Source: Stylophora pistillata
Lineage: Eukaryota
Reading direction: 5' to 3'
DNA length: 64,000 nucleotides
NCBI RefSeq assembly: GCF_002571385.2
Contig: NW_019217809.1
Span: forward strand, 651,098 to 715,097
In this document: in pieces, positions 12,324 to 24,136 of the stretch
How positions within the stretch are numbered: position 1 is the stretch's first letter
Layout: the number at the start of each line of letters is the position of its first letter
The notes under the pieces: generated by a model
What the model saw: only the letters and a program-made list of their open reading frames with translations
The model's database searches: none
Told to the model about the DNA's origin: nothing
Made by a program: the position numbers and the translations under genes

Positions 12324-15300
12324 ATGAGCGCTTTTGCATTTATAATAGCTTTCATAGTAGCAGGGTTGACGAGCGGTGAGTATCAAGTGTAAAATTTAAA
12401 ACTTAGGTTTCTTTTCCTTTTTTTTAATCATTTGCACAAAGCTAAATGACGCAGCTAAAGGTAAGTGTACATACTTTCCCATAACAATCCCATTCTTCTA
12501 TTCTTTGAGTAGCTAACGTTGCATTCGGACGAGATAAATTAGTCCTCGTTTAAAACATGGCTGCAGAAGTATATTTCGACCAGCGTCTTCATTTATCTGC
12601 TAGAACTAAAGTATTAAACTCATGATCGTTGCTTTGATGTTTAAAAATTCGTCGATGAGACCTCACCCCTGTGTAAATATGTTTATTTGGAAGTAAGATA
12701 TCCACAACTACAATTGAAGACACAGATGTCTTTTGAAAACAATGTTTTGTGACACAAGGGAATTTTTGAAAAACAAAACGGCCTCTTTAAGATCGAAAAA
12801 ACTTAGATATGTATTCAAGTCAAAGAGAATCATAACTTTTGACTGCGCATTTCTAAATATCTTAGCGCTTTATAAAGAGGTTCGTCTTTAGTTTTATTTA
12901 TTAATTTACAAAACCGATATTTCGGTTTTGCTGATCATGGCCACGAGAAAGACTAGTGTCACATACTCACTTGATAAATGGCTAAGTTTTCGTAGCTTTC
13001 TTCAGCTCTTTGTAGTGAAGGAGTGTAGAAATGGGTAGAAAACCTATTTTCCTCCTCCCACTTTCTTGACATTACGAACAACATCTTTATATCCTTTTAT
13101 ATTGTACCCGGATCAGCTGAAAGTTCAAGGTGCTATGGAAAGTACGGATGCTTCAGCAACAAAGCACCATTCAACAGAATCGTTCTACTTCCTCTCCCCC
13201 CCTGGATAGTGAGTCCCAAATTTCGCCTTTACACCAGATCTCATCTAGATACTCCACAATTTATCGATGATAACGATTTGACCAAACTTCATCAGTCGAA
13301 CTACAACGGGACGAAAAAGACCGTCTTAATAGTCCATGGATATGTTGGTGAGCTCGCTACGGTGAATTTATAATAAATTGTTTAAATGTGCATCAAGAAA
13401 TTGTATTTGTTGGAAGCATACTCGTGGATAAAAATTGGAGAATCTTGCAAGTGAAAGTCGCAGTGACATGGCTTTTAATAAACCAGTCATTATTTATAAT
13501 AATTTTTTTTTGGGGGGGGGGAGATCACATGGTTTTAAGGGGGAACGAAGGGTAGATCAGTAATCAACAAAAGGGTAAACTATAAAAAGTTGACTGCCAA
13601 TTAACTGCCAGTGAGGGGGAATCATAAGAATCTTACAGACCTCCTCTCCCTACATCGTCGATAAGTAACGACAGGTCCCTATAGGAAGCTTTAGAGCTAC
13701 AAGTAAAATAAGAAGGTCATGCTATGGTTCGCAGAAAGGATAAGGGGAGTGGGGGTTGGGCAGGGGATATCAAATTGGAGGGAAGATTATTAAGGTTCAA
13801 CAATAAATGGTGAGAAATGAAAGCTGCTGTTTATGAAGCTCCGAGAAAGAATTGAAAAAAGAAAAAGCTCGCCATTTGGATTAGTGCAGATTTATCTCTT
13901 TCTGATTTTTAATTTTTCATCGCTATTATTATAATTCTTGGCCAAATTTTTAGAGATCAGGCCTAAATGGATGGAATACATAAGGGATGGCTTGCTAAGG
14001 AACTTCGACTGCAATGTAATATTAGTAGACTGGTACACTGGTAGCCTTCCTCCCTATTTGCAAGCAGCAGGGAACACACGACTGGTGGGGGCCATGATAG
14101 CAGAGCTGATTAAGTTCCTCATTTCTGAGACCCATAGCTCCGTGGACCTATTTCACGTTGTGGGCTTCAGCCTTGGTTCTCATATCGCTGGGTATTGTGG
14201 GAGAAGACTAAAACAAGAGGGGCTAATACTGCCAAGAATAACAGGTAAGTTCCGAATAGAATGCGCATGCTCAAATCGCCTTTCAATGGAAAAAAACTAC
14301 TTGCGTTTCATCGTGTTTGTAACGATTACCAATCGTACTGTTAAAATGTGAAACTGTGTTCAGTATCGTATCTAGCCGAGGGATCGTACAAAACTGTATT
14401 ACAGTTACAATTAGGGACTTTAAGCAAACCACGACTGCTACGGCAACGAGAACGTGGAAAAACAATAAATTTAATTGGCAGAACAATAGCCCATCACGTG
14501 CGTATTAAAACTTTGTACATTTCTTAGCCGTCTTTTACAAAACAACAACGTGAAATCACCAAAATTTGCGTCGTCTGCGAAGCGAAACCGCGGCGGCAAA
14601 TTATTTTAATTTACATTTGGATCTCAACGCTACTTTTATGCGTTATGTTGAGTTTGAGGTCTGGCGCCCTATGAGACGGTAAACACATGCAGCCATTTTC
14701 GAAATTCTAACTAAAAGTAGAAACTCATTTTTTAATCGACGTCTTCCGTGGCGTTTCCGTACTGACTGCTTAAAGTCCCTATTGAGAAAGTTGATACGTG
14801 AGAACTTTATGGCCACTTCTGAACAACTGAGGTATATCATATACGGACAAAGCACAGAATATTATCATTTCCTTATCTCAAACCATATCAATACTTTCTA
14901 GCTGTTTGTAATGATGCATCATTTTATTTATTCATATATTTATTTGATATTCACCTCTTCTACATGCAAAACCCACGAAGGCCTGGACCCTGCTGGGCCA
15001 CTATTTTCAACAACACACCCCGCGGTAAGACTGGACCCCACCGATGCTCATTTTGTCGACGCCATCCATACAGACGGTGACCGCTTTGGTTTGTATCAAA
15101 CTTCCGGTCATTTGGACTTTTATCCTAATGGCGGATTGGACCAAACAGGCTGTTCAAGTTTCAGTAATGGTAAACGATTATGATTTTGCATGATACAATC
15201 ATTAATTATCCAAGGAAGAGCGGCCTGCAACAACGTTGTTGTTGTTTTTTTTGTTTGGCACTGATATCGGTCCTTAAACTGTCGGATTATACAGACTATA

Positions 15301-18300
15301 TCATTGTGTGCTGTTTCTCACGGGTTGAATTTCTTTCCTTGGCGAATACTTTATAATTTATCATATATTTTCCTTTCAGGTATCCTGAGTCCCCTTTTGT
15401 GCGATCATTTTCGAGCCACAGATTACTTCATCTATTCACTGTCCCAGCAGTGCATGCATTCCATGAAAGGATTCCCTTGTAGTGATTCCAACGGATTTGA
15501 TCGCGCTCGCTGTCTCCAGTGCAAAAATGGAAACTGTCCCGAAATGGGTTATTACGCTGAAGAGTACAGTGCTGGTGGTAAAATACTGGGAAGACATTTC
15601 TTATATACTACAAAAAGTGCACCATTTTGCGGTAAATATCGTGTTTATCGTCTTCTGCTCGGGCCTGAAAATCTAGGCTCCATCATACACAAGAATGATC
15701 ATCGAAGAGCAGCTACGAAACGTTTGAGGCCAAGCCGGAGAAGAATGTTCTGAAATTAATTTTACACCCTGGAAAACCATCACCGTTTCAGTGTTGGTCA
15801 TGCATGTTTTCCTAATTTTGGTGTTTTTCCAATTGATAAGCTATACTAAGTGGTTTATACGGAAAACGATTTAATCTGTTCCAGATCAGCTCGTCAGAAT
15901 TAAAAAACAGTCGGCCTCGCTTTAATTTGTGTAGAAATTGAATTTTACAAGGCTACCAACTAAACGACTACTACGTAACTGTTCGTCGTGCTATTCATAT
16001 TCGCCTCCCAATTTTTTTAAAAGAAATTTTAAAATAGTTTCTTTAATTTTCTCATTGTAGTTCCTTATTACACCGTAATCACATTCAAGACGTCTTGGTC
16101 CTGGCCTGTGGGGCTATTTCGGGCTCGCATTGTGGTCAAATTAATTGGATCAAATGGAGAATCAGATTTCGTGCTGCTCCAAAGGTATTAGAACTCAGTT
16201 TAAAAAGTATGACTTTAGTACATTATAACAACGACAACTTTATTGATATTCCCGAAGATGGAAGTACATTTGTTTGTAAAGATTAGTTTGTTTTCTTTTT
16301 CAATTGACAGTCGCAGTCTGAAGCGCGGAAGTGATGAAACCTTCGTAATGCCTGGATTAAATAATCTGGGAGCCTTGCAGAAAATTCAAGTACAACAGAA
16401 GTATTTATCATGGTTGTTAAAATGGAAACTCGTCAAAATAACTGTGATGAAGCCTGGATGGACTGGAACTCAATCAGACAAAAGCAACACACAGTCGTGA
16501 GTTCATTTCAGATTGAATTTTTTACAACGTGAAGGTGTTATAACACAGATTAGTTGCAAATCTCTTGTCCACTCTTCGTCCGCTAATGACTCGTTTGAAA
16601 ATGGCCCTGCCATGTTCTTCCCTGTCCTCCATCTCACCGCTTTGAGTTGCAATTTCGGCTTCAATCGCCACGTATCCCGGAATACATGCCAAATAAACTC
16701 CGAATCATCGGAGGAGAAAATTTCCGTAGAACAACACGAAATATCAGACATAGTTACATGAAAATATCACTGAAATAGCCAGGGAAATTACAGAGTGCAT
16801 ACACCACTTTCATAAATGGCTGCCGGATTAATATTCTTTTGTTTAAATTTAAATTTGCCTGGGTGGCCTCGCTTGAGATAATGTATTCTTTTGAATTTTG
16901 TACTGGAGAACGAGGCCACCTAGGCAAATTTAAATTTAAACAAAAGAATATTGATCCAGCAGCCATTTATGAAAGTGGTCTCTTGGCGCGCTCGTTTTTA
17001 TGATAAGAACACATGCTCGTTACCGTGAAGTAACGGTGCCCAGTCCCTCATTGCTGGGCCCGACATTTTAGCTGCGGATTATAGAGCTTCATAAAAAAAG
17101 TTAAGAAAAGGGTAAAATAACGCAATTGTTGCGAAAACATGTTTTAGAGCATTAAATTTTTTAAGTAAAATAGATAAAAAATAAGCGTCATGGGGACTTT
17201 AACCAATTTTTGTCCCATCCATCAATTCATCGATGTATCCATCCATATATCCATCCATTCATTCAACTGTCCATTCATTCATCCATTCATTCATTCGTTC
17301 AACCATTCATCTATTCATTCATCCATCCATCCATCCATCCATCCATTCATCCATTCACCTATCCAGCCATCCATTCATCCATCTAACTATTCACCCATTC
17401 ACCCATCCATCCATTCGTCCAAACAGTTGATGTTTAAGCGAGATTGGTTAAAAAGGAAAGCAACCAAAACCGGTATGCTAGAAGATTGGACGGCTTATAG
17501 AACTTGAAGAAATTTAGTCAACAAAGAGATTAGACTAGCAAAGACAAGATTTTATCAGTCACGCTAAACGAGGCATCTGGTCATCAAAAGGGACGTGGAA
17601 AGTGCTTAATGATCTCTTAGGAAAAAAGTCGTGCGCAACAAAGATAAGTGAATTGAAAAGTGACCGTTGTGTGACAATCACAAATCCTGAGGACATCACA
17701 GATTACATGAACAAACACTTCGCAGCGATCGGCCCAAATTTAGCTTCAAAGATTCAAGTCAATGAAGATGATATTACTCCTACAGAATTCTTGACTAAAA
17801 AAGATTCTAATTTGAAAAAAGTGGAAGCTTCCAGTGTGCTAAAATTATTGAATGGGGTAAAAATTAACAAGGTAACTTGAATCGATAAAATATCAAATAT
17901 AATTTTAAAAATAGCTGCTCCTGTTATCTATAAGAACTTAACAGACTTATTTAATTTATCTATCCCCTCTGGTGTATTTCCATCTGATTGGAAAATAGCA
18001 AAGGTCTCTCCACTCTTTAAATCGGGTGAACGCAAATAATTACAGACCAATTTCTGTTTTAAACAACAAACATATGAAAATACATATATATGAACTGCGG
18101 TTATGAAACGTATATGTGCACGATCCTTCGCAGTAAAGCACTATTTAAGCAATAGTGAAAATCAGACCTGAAAAAAATTCAGGCCTGTACGGGATTCGAA
18201 CCACTGACCTCTGCGATACTAGTGCAGCGCTCTACCAATTGAGCTAACAAGCCAACTGGGAGCAGGCCATCAAATTAATTCGACATAAACCCGTAGATGA

Positions 18301-21300
18301 TAAATCAAACAACAAACATATGAAATACATATATATGAACTGCGGTTATGAAACGTATATGTGCACGATCCTTCGCAGTAAAGCACTATTTAAGCAATAG
18401 TGAAAATCAGACCTGAAAAAAATTCAGGCCTGTACGGGATTCGAACCACTGACCTCTGCGATACTAGTGCAGCGCTCTACCAATTGAGCTAACAAGCCAA
18501 CTGGGAGCAGGCCATCAAATTAATTCGACATAAACCCGTAGATGATAAATCAAACAACAAACATATGAAATACATATATATGAACTGCGGTTATGAAACG
18601 TATATGTGCACGATCCTTCGCAGTAAAGCACTATTTAAGCAATAGTGAAAATCAGACCTGAAAAAAATTCAGGCCTGTACGGGATTCGAACCACTGACCT
18701 CTGCGATACTAGTGCAGCGCTCTACCAATTGAGCTAACAAGCCAACTGGGAGCAGGCCATCAAATTAATTCGACATAAACCCGTAGATGATAAATCAAAC
18801 AACAAACATATGAAATACATATATATGAACTGCGGTTATGAAACGTATATGTGCACGATCCTTCGCAGTAAAGCACTATTTAAGCAATAGTGAAAATCAG
18901 ACCTGAAAAAAATTCAGGCCTGTACGGGATTCGAACCACTGACCTCTGCGATACTAGTGCAGCGCTCTACCAATTGAGCTAACAAGCCAACTGGGAGCAG
19001 GCCATCAAATTAATTCGACATAAACCCGTAGATGATAAATCAAACAACAAACATATGAAATACATATATATGAACTGCGGTTATGAAACGTATATGTGCA
19101 CGATCCTTCGCAGTAAAGCACTATTTAAGCAATAGTGAAAATCAGACCTGAAAAAAATTCAGGCCTGTACGGGATTCGAACCACTGACCTCTGCGATACT
19201 AGTGCAGCGCTCTACCAATTGAGCTAACAAGCCAACTGGGAGCAGGCCATCAAATTAATTCGACATAAACCCGTAGATGATAAATCAAACAACAAACATA
19301 TGAAATACATATATATGAACTGCGGTTATGAAACGTATATGTGCACGATCCTTCGCAGTAAAGCACTATTTAAGCAATAGTGAAAATCAGACCTGAAAAA
19401 AATTCAGGCCTGTACGGGATTCGAACCACTGACCTCTGCGATACTAGTGCAGCGCTCTACCAATTGAGCTAACAAGCCAACTGGGAGCAGGCCATCAAAT
19501 TAATTCGACATAAACCCGTAGATGATAAATCAAACAACAAACATATGAAATACATATATATGAACTGCGGTTATGAAACGTATATGTGCACGATCCTTCG
19601 CAGTAAAGCACTATTTAAGCAATAGTGAAAATCAGACCTGAAAAAAATTCAGGCCTGTACGGGATTCGAACCACTGACCTCTGCGATACTAGTGCAGCGC
19701 TCTACCAATTGAGCTAACAAGCCAACTGGGAGCAGGCCATCAAATTAATTCGACATAAACCCGTAGATGATAAATCAAACAACAAACATATGAAATACAT
19801 ATATATGAACTGCGGTTATGAAACGTATATGTGCACGATCCTTCGCAGTAAAGCACTATTTAAGCAATAGTGAAAATCAGACCTGAAAAAAATTCAGGCC
19901 TGTACGGGATTCGAACCACTGACCTCTGCGATACTAGTGCAGCGCTCTACCAATTGAGCTAACAAGCCAACTGGGAGCAGGCCATCAAATTAATTCGACA
20001 TAAACCCGTAGATGATAAATCAAACAACAAACATATGAAATACATATATATGAACTGCGGTTATGAAACGTATATGTGCACGATCCTTCGCAGTAAAGCA
20101 CTATTTAAGCAATAGTGAAAATCAGACCTGAAAAAAATTCAGGCCTGTACGGGATTCGAACCACTGACCTCTGCGATACTAGTGCAGCGCTCTACCAATT
20201 GAGCTAACAAGCCAACTGGGAGCAGGCCATCAAATTAATTCGACATAAACCCGTAGATGATAAATCAAACAACAAACATATGAAATACATATATATGAAC
20301 TGCGGTTATGAAACGTATATGTGCACGATCCTTCGCAGTAAAGCACTATTTAAGCAATAGTGAAAATCAGACCTGAAAAAAATTCAGGCCTGTACGGGAT
20401 TCGAACCACTGACCTCTGCGATACTAGTGCAGCGCTCTACCAATTGAGCTAACAAGCCAACTGGGAGCAGGCCATCAAATTAATTCGACATAAACCCGTA
20501 GATGATAAATCAAACAACAAACATATGAAATACATATATATGAACTGCGGTTATGAAACGTATATGTGCACGATCCTTCGCAGTAAAGCACTATTTAAGC
20601 AATAGTGAAAATCAGACCTGAAAAAAATTCAGGCCTGTACGGGATTCGAACCACTGACCTCTGCGATACTAGTGCAGCGCTCTACCAATTGAGCTAACAA
20701 GCCAACTGGGAGCAGGCCATCAAATTAATTCGACATAAACCCGTAGATGATAAATCAAACAACAAACATATGAAATACATATATATGAACTGCGGTTATG
20801 AAACGTATATGTGCACGATCCTTCGCAGTAAAGCACTATTTAAGCAATAGTGAAAATCAGACCTGAAAAAAATTCAGGCCTGTACGGGATTCGAACCACT
20901 GACCTCTGCGATACTAGTGCAGCGCTCTACCAATTGAGCTAACAAGCCAACTGGGAGCAGGCCATCAAATTAATTCGACATAAACCCGTAGATGATAAAT
21001 CAAACAACAAACATATGAAATACATATATATGAACTGCGGTTATGAAACGTATATGTGCACGATCCTTCGCAGTAAAGCACTATTTAAGCAATAGTGAAA
21101 ATCAGACCTGAAAAAAATTCAGGCCTGTACGGGATTCGAACCACTGACCTCTGCGATNNNNNNNNNNNNNNNNNNNNNNNNNNNNNNNNNNNNNNNNNNN
21201 NNNNNNNNNNNNNNNNNNNNNNNNNNNNNNNNNNNNNNNNNNNNNNNNNNNNNNNNNNNNNNNNNNNNNNNNNNNNNNNNNNNNNNNNNNNNNNNNNNNN

Positions 21301-21720
21301 NNNNNNNNNNNNNNNNNNNNNNNNNNNNNNNNNNNNNNNNNNNNNNNNNNNNNNNNNTACATTTATCCACTCATTCTCCATGCGTTATTCATTTTTAATT
21401 AATTTGTCATCTCTTCTTTCCTTTTCCATATCCATGTCGTTTACTTAACGTTGATTCATTACACGTTCTTCCCCTTTCCATCCACGCATTCCCCTTCCTT
21501 TTAACATTCGTGTTTCGTTATTTGTTGTCCAGTCAAGTTTATAATTCAATCTGTGGCTACTTCTTTCAGACGTTCCTTTATTCGTTCGTACGTCCATCCG
21601 TCATTTTATCAATCACTATTTGTATCTAACTTTCCTGATAGATATTCAGCTTGTTTCAACGCCTATATCGGAAGTAGAGGAGTTGTACGGGATCTACAGC
21701 AAGGAGATGTATCTTGTTGA
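12324..21720 (+). CDS. Pancreatic lipase-related protein (PLA1-like) lipase 2 with C-terminal PLAT domain, 8 exons
   Basis: Exons 12324-12375 (signal [17 protein letters not shown]), 13117-13347 ([12 protein letters not shown]), 13954-14244 (GFSLG), 14981-15169 (GLDPA, DFYPNGG), 15380-15631 (CDH), 16061-16184 and 16311-16496 (PLAT), 21642-21720 ([11 protein letters not shown]...VSC*). All junction phases are compatible. Confidence 0.9.
13480..13682. repeat. Dispersed ~200-bp repeat (relatives at ~845-1050, ~3920-4118, ~7130-7375)
   Basis: Shared GGGGGAACG(G/A)AGGG...TTGACT(G/C)CCAATT... core; three of the four copies end in GGTCCCTA. Confidence 0.55.
14412..14781. mobile_element. MITE, ~370 bp (partial relative at ~6900-7135)
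   Basis: TIR TAGGGACTTTAAGCA / TGCTTAAAGTCCCTA. Confidence 0.75.
16803..16979. mobile_element. MITE / long hairpin, ~177 bp
   Basis: ~68-bp near-perfect arms ACCACTTTCATAAATGGCTGC...GGTGGCCTCG / CGAGGCCACC...GCAGCCATTTATGAAAGTGGT. Confidence 0.8.
17215..17420. repeat. (CCAT/CATT)n microsatellite; degenerate continuation at ~21360-21610
   Basis: Direct inspection. Confidence 0.85.
17421..18060 (+). mobile_element. Decayed non-LTR retrotransposon (CR1/L2-like) ORF2 fragment just upstream of the RT core
   Basis: Conceptual translation [12 protein letters not shown]...[12 protein letters not shown]...ILKIAAPVI...[34 protein letters not shown], with stops and frameshifts. Confidence 0.85.
18061..21157 (-). 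repeat. Tandem array of 245-bp tRNA-Thr-derived units: 12 complete plus 1 partial, running into an N-gap
   Basis: Unit starts at 18061, 18307, 18552, 18797 ... 21002; identical except one extra A in unit 1. tRNA-like 73-mers on the minus strand with left coordinates 18181, 18426, 18671, 18916, 19161, 19406, 19651, 19896, 20141, 20386, 20631, 20876. Confidence 0.95.
18181..18253 (-). tRNA. tRNA-Thr(AGT)-like sequence, first of 12 identical copies; probably a pseudo-tRNA or SINE head
   Basis: GGCTTGT TA GCTC AATTGGTA GAGC G CTGCA CTAGTAT CGCAG AGGTC AGTGG TTCGAAT CCCGT ACAGGCC T. Acceptor and D stems are intact, A/B boxes present, T7 terminator downstream. There is 1 mismatch in the anticodon stem and 2 in the T stem. 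Confidence 0.6.
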
Positions 21721-22526
21721 GTGTTGTATCTATTGAATGGAGTCTTCCGAATAATCATCTTTGATTCATGATGTGTTTTTGGTAATAAACGGATATAAAG
21801 AGGGGAGAATGAAAGAGAAAATGTATGAATAAACAGAAATAAAAATAGACTTGATATGAGTGCTACAAATCTTATACCTGAGTTTCAGAACGATACTTGG
21901 TTGGAGTAAAATTGATAAAAGTCATTCCAAGAGGTCAACTTTTTTAGATAAGTCGTTGTTTCCTCATCGTGTCTTTCATGAACGTTGAGCACGTGAGGTT
22001 TGCGTCTCTAAAAGATCAATCATTTTCCCGTTCAAAATTCCTTCTTATAATAATGAACAATGAAAGATAGATCTCCGCATGGTTAGGTTGTAATGCCCCT
22101 CTTTCTGCCCCCCTACTGAGTGTGGGAAGCAGAGGAATTTTTTTGACGACATATCCTTTTGTTAGGAGCAGCTACGTCACTGATCGTGCACTGATCTTGA
22201 AAAAAAGGGCTTCTATCAATATCTCGAGTTGGGGTTTGGAATTCGTAAAACTCTTTTTAATTCCTCAACAACCCTGTTTCTTTTCTGTTAATCATCCTGT
22301 TTTGATGTTTTTGTACCCGACTAAACATTTATTTTGTGATTTTTTGAAGGCGTAACCTCTTGACGTAACCTCTTTTCGACTATGTATTTATAGATTGATG
22401 ACACACAATTGTGTTAACTGAGTCGAAAAGTTCGCAGCCGTAGGAGAGCCAGGGAACCTTTGGCAACGCGCTGTTTGCCCGTAATCTCATTAGTGACCAA
22501 TCGTTTAGTTAACCTTTCTTACAAGG

Positions 22527-23156
22527 ATGGAATTAGAGCCAAAGCCGCGCTTTCTAAGCTTTCAAGACCCAGTCCAATCAGGTTCAGAGGATGATAACGC
22601 CTCACGTACTTCGGCGAGACGTTTGTCAGCGATGTCCGAGGCAAGCACAACATCGTCCTCGCGACGGATTTCGGTAATTCAGCCGGGACGGAAAACTTCC
22701 AAGTCGACCTCGTATGTTTCGCCTTATCGCCTATGGCGGAGAATGTCTGATTCCATACGCGATCAGGCTGGGAATATGTTTCAAGGAGACGAAAAGAAAC
22801 AAGAAGTCGAAAACACCTATCGAATGGAGCCAAAGAGAAAGTTTCCTGAGCGAGAAGTAAGGGAGATTATCAAAAACAGTTTGGAGGCGTTGCTAGGCGA
22901 ACTGACTTATTCAGGCTCGGAGTTTGGCTTCTTGACGAAGCTTCTGAGTTCAAGAATTATGGAGCAAGTGAAAAGTCTTAATATTGAGCGATATAAGCTT
23001 GTCTGTGTTGTCAACGTGGGGTCGAAGCATAATCAAGGTCTGAGAGTTGTGAGTAGATGTTTGTGGAACCCGAATTCAGACACGCATGCCACAGCAAGTA
23101 TCGAAAATGGCACGTTATTCGCTGTGGCTACTGTATACGGCATTTATTTCGAGTAA
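22527..23156 (+). CDS. Tctex1 domain-containing protein (dynein light chain Tctex-type, TCTEX1D1/DYNLT5-like), single coding exon
   Basis: ENTYRMEP..KF, RYKLVCVV, GLRVVSRCLWN...D, FAVATVYGIYFE* Tctex-1 signature; Ser/Arg-rich N-extension. Confidence 0.9.
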   Translation: MELEPKPRFLSFQDPVQSGSEDDNASRTSARRLSAMSEASTTSSSRRISVIQPGRKTSKSTSYVSPYRLWRRMSDSIRDQAGNMFQGDEKKQEVENTYRMEPKRKFPEREVREIIKNSLEALLGELTYSGSEFGFLTKLLSSRIMEQVKSLNIERYKLVCVVNVGSKHNQGLRVVSRCLWNPNSDTHATASIENGTLFAVATVYGIYFE

Positions 23157-24015
23157 CTGAACGAAAATAATTGAGAAGTAAGGGATCAACAGCGCCATGC
23201 CATTTAAGACTTCAAATTGAAGACACAAAAGAACAGCACGCTACGTCCAGAGTCTAATTAATCATGACTTAAGTCAGTATGTCACCCTGATTCTTGTTAA
23301 CTGATATTAAGTTCTGAACGATTTAAATGGATCATACTTCTTTTATCGACCCTTCTTAGCGCAACAGCGTTCACAAACACCGCGCTAGAAAAATATTTTT
23401 TATCAGAAAAGCTATAAACTAATATGAATGTAAACCAGCAAAACATTGTTTCAAATACAGTGTTTATCTTTGTTACTATGCACGCGAGATATTACAGTCT
23501 CAGCAATATGAATGATTATTTAATTTATATTCGCGAAAAAGATAAAAAAGAAACAAACTAACAAACGCCAAAAGAAACTCAAAAGTCTGAAAAGAAGACG
23601 AAATATCAATTTTTTGAATGATCAGAATAGAATTTTGACGTGACCAAAAAATCCGCTATGTAAATTTTTTTTGCCACAGTTCGCTTCACTGACCCGGATA
23701 AATAAGATTTGCAAACCACAAATTAAACTACCGACATCAGAGATTTTGCATCAATAAACTTAGAACTACTTCTTCTCCAGAAGTATTTGGTGGAAAAAAT
23801 AATAATTATAGAGAAAAGAAAACTGACCCACTATGTTTTATAACTAGTATCAATGCCCCTCTATTTTGATGTTTAAAGCTAATGCTCATAATTCATGAAT
23901 TCAAGAAAACATGAATTAGAAAAAATTTATACATCGCACACCCAGGCCAAATGAAATGAGCAATATTTTTCTGTGAGTTTTTTTGAAATCTTTTATCTAA
24001 TCCGAGCTCATCTCA

Positions 24016-24136
24016 GGCGAGAGAAGTGCCAAAACGGCGAGAGAAGTGCCAAAACGGCGAGAGAAGTACCAAAACGGCGAGAGAAGTACCAAAACGGCGA
24101 GAGAAGTACTAAAACGGCGAGAGAAGTACCAAAACG
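24016..24136. repeat. 20-bp minisatellite GGCGAGAGAAGT(G/A)CCAAAAC, ~6 copies
   Basis: Direct inspection. Confidence 0.9.

Noticed and set aside
17190-17507. His/Pro/Ser/Ile-rich ORFs (likewise 23973-24413 and 36773-37304)
   Set aside because: Translations of microsatellite, minisatellite or purine-tract DNA.
18061-21157. CRISPR-like array
   Set aside because: Units are identical end to end with no variable spacers, there are no cas genes, and the context is a eukaryotic intron.
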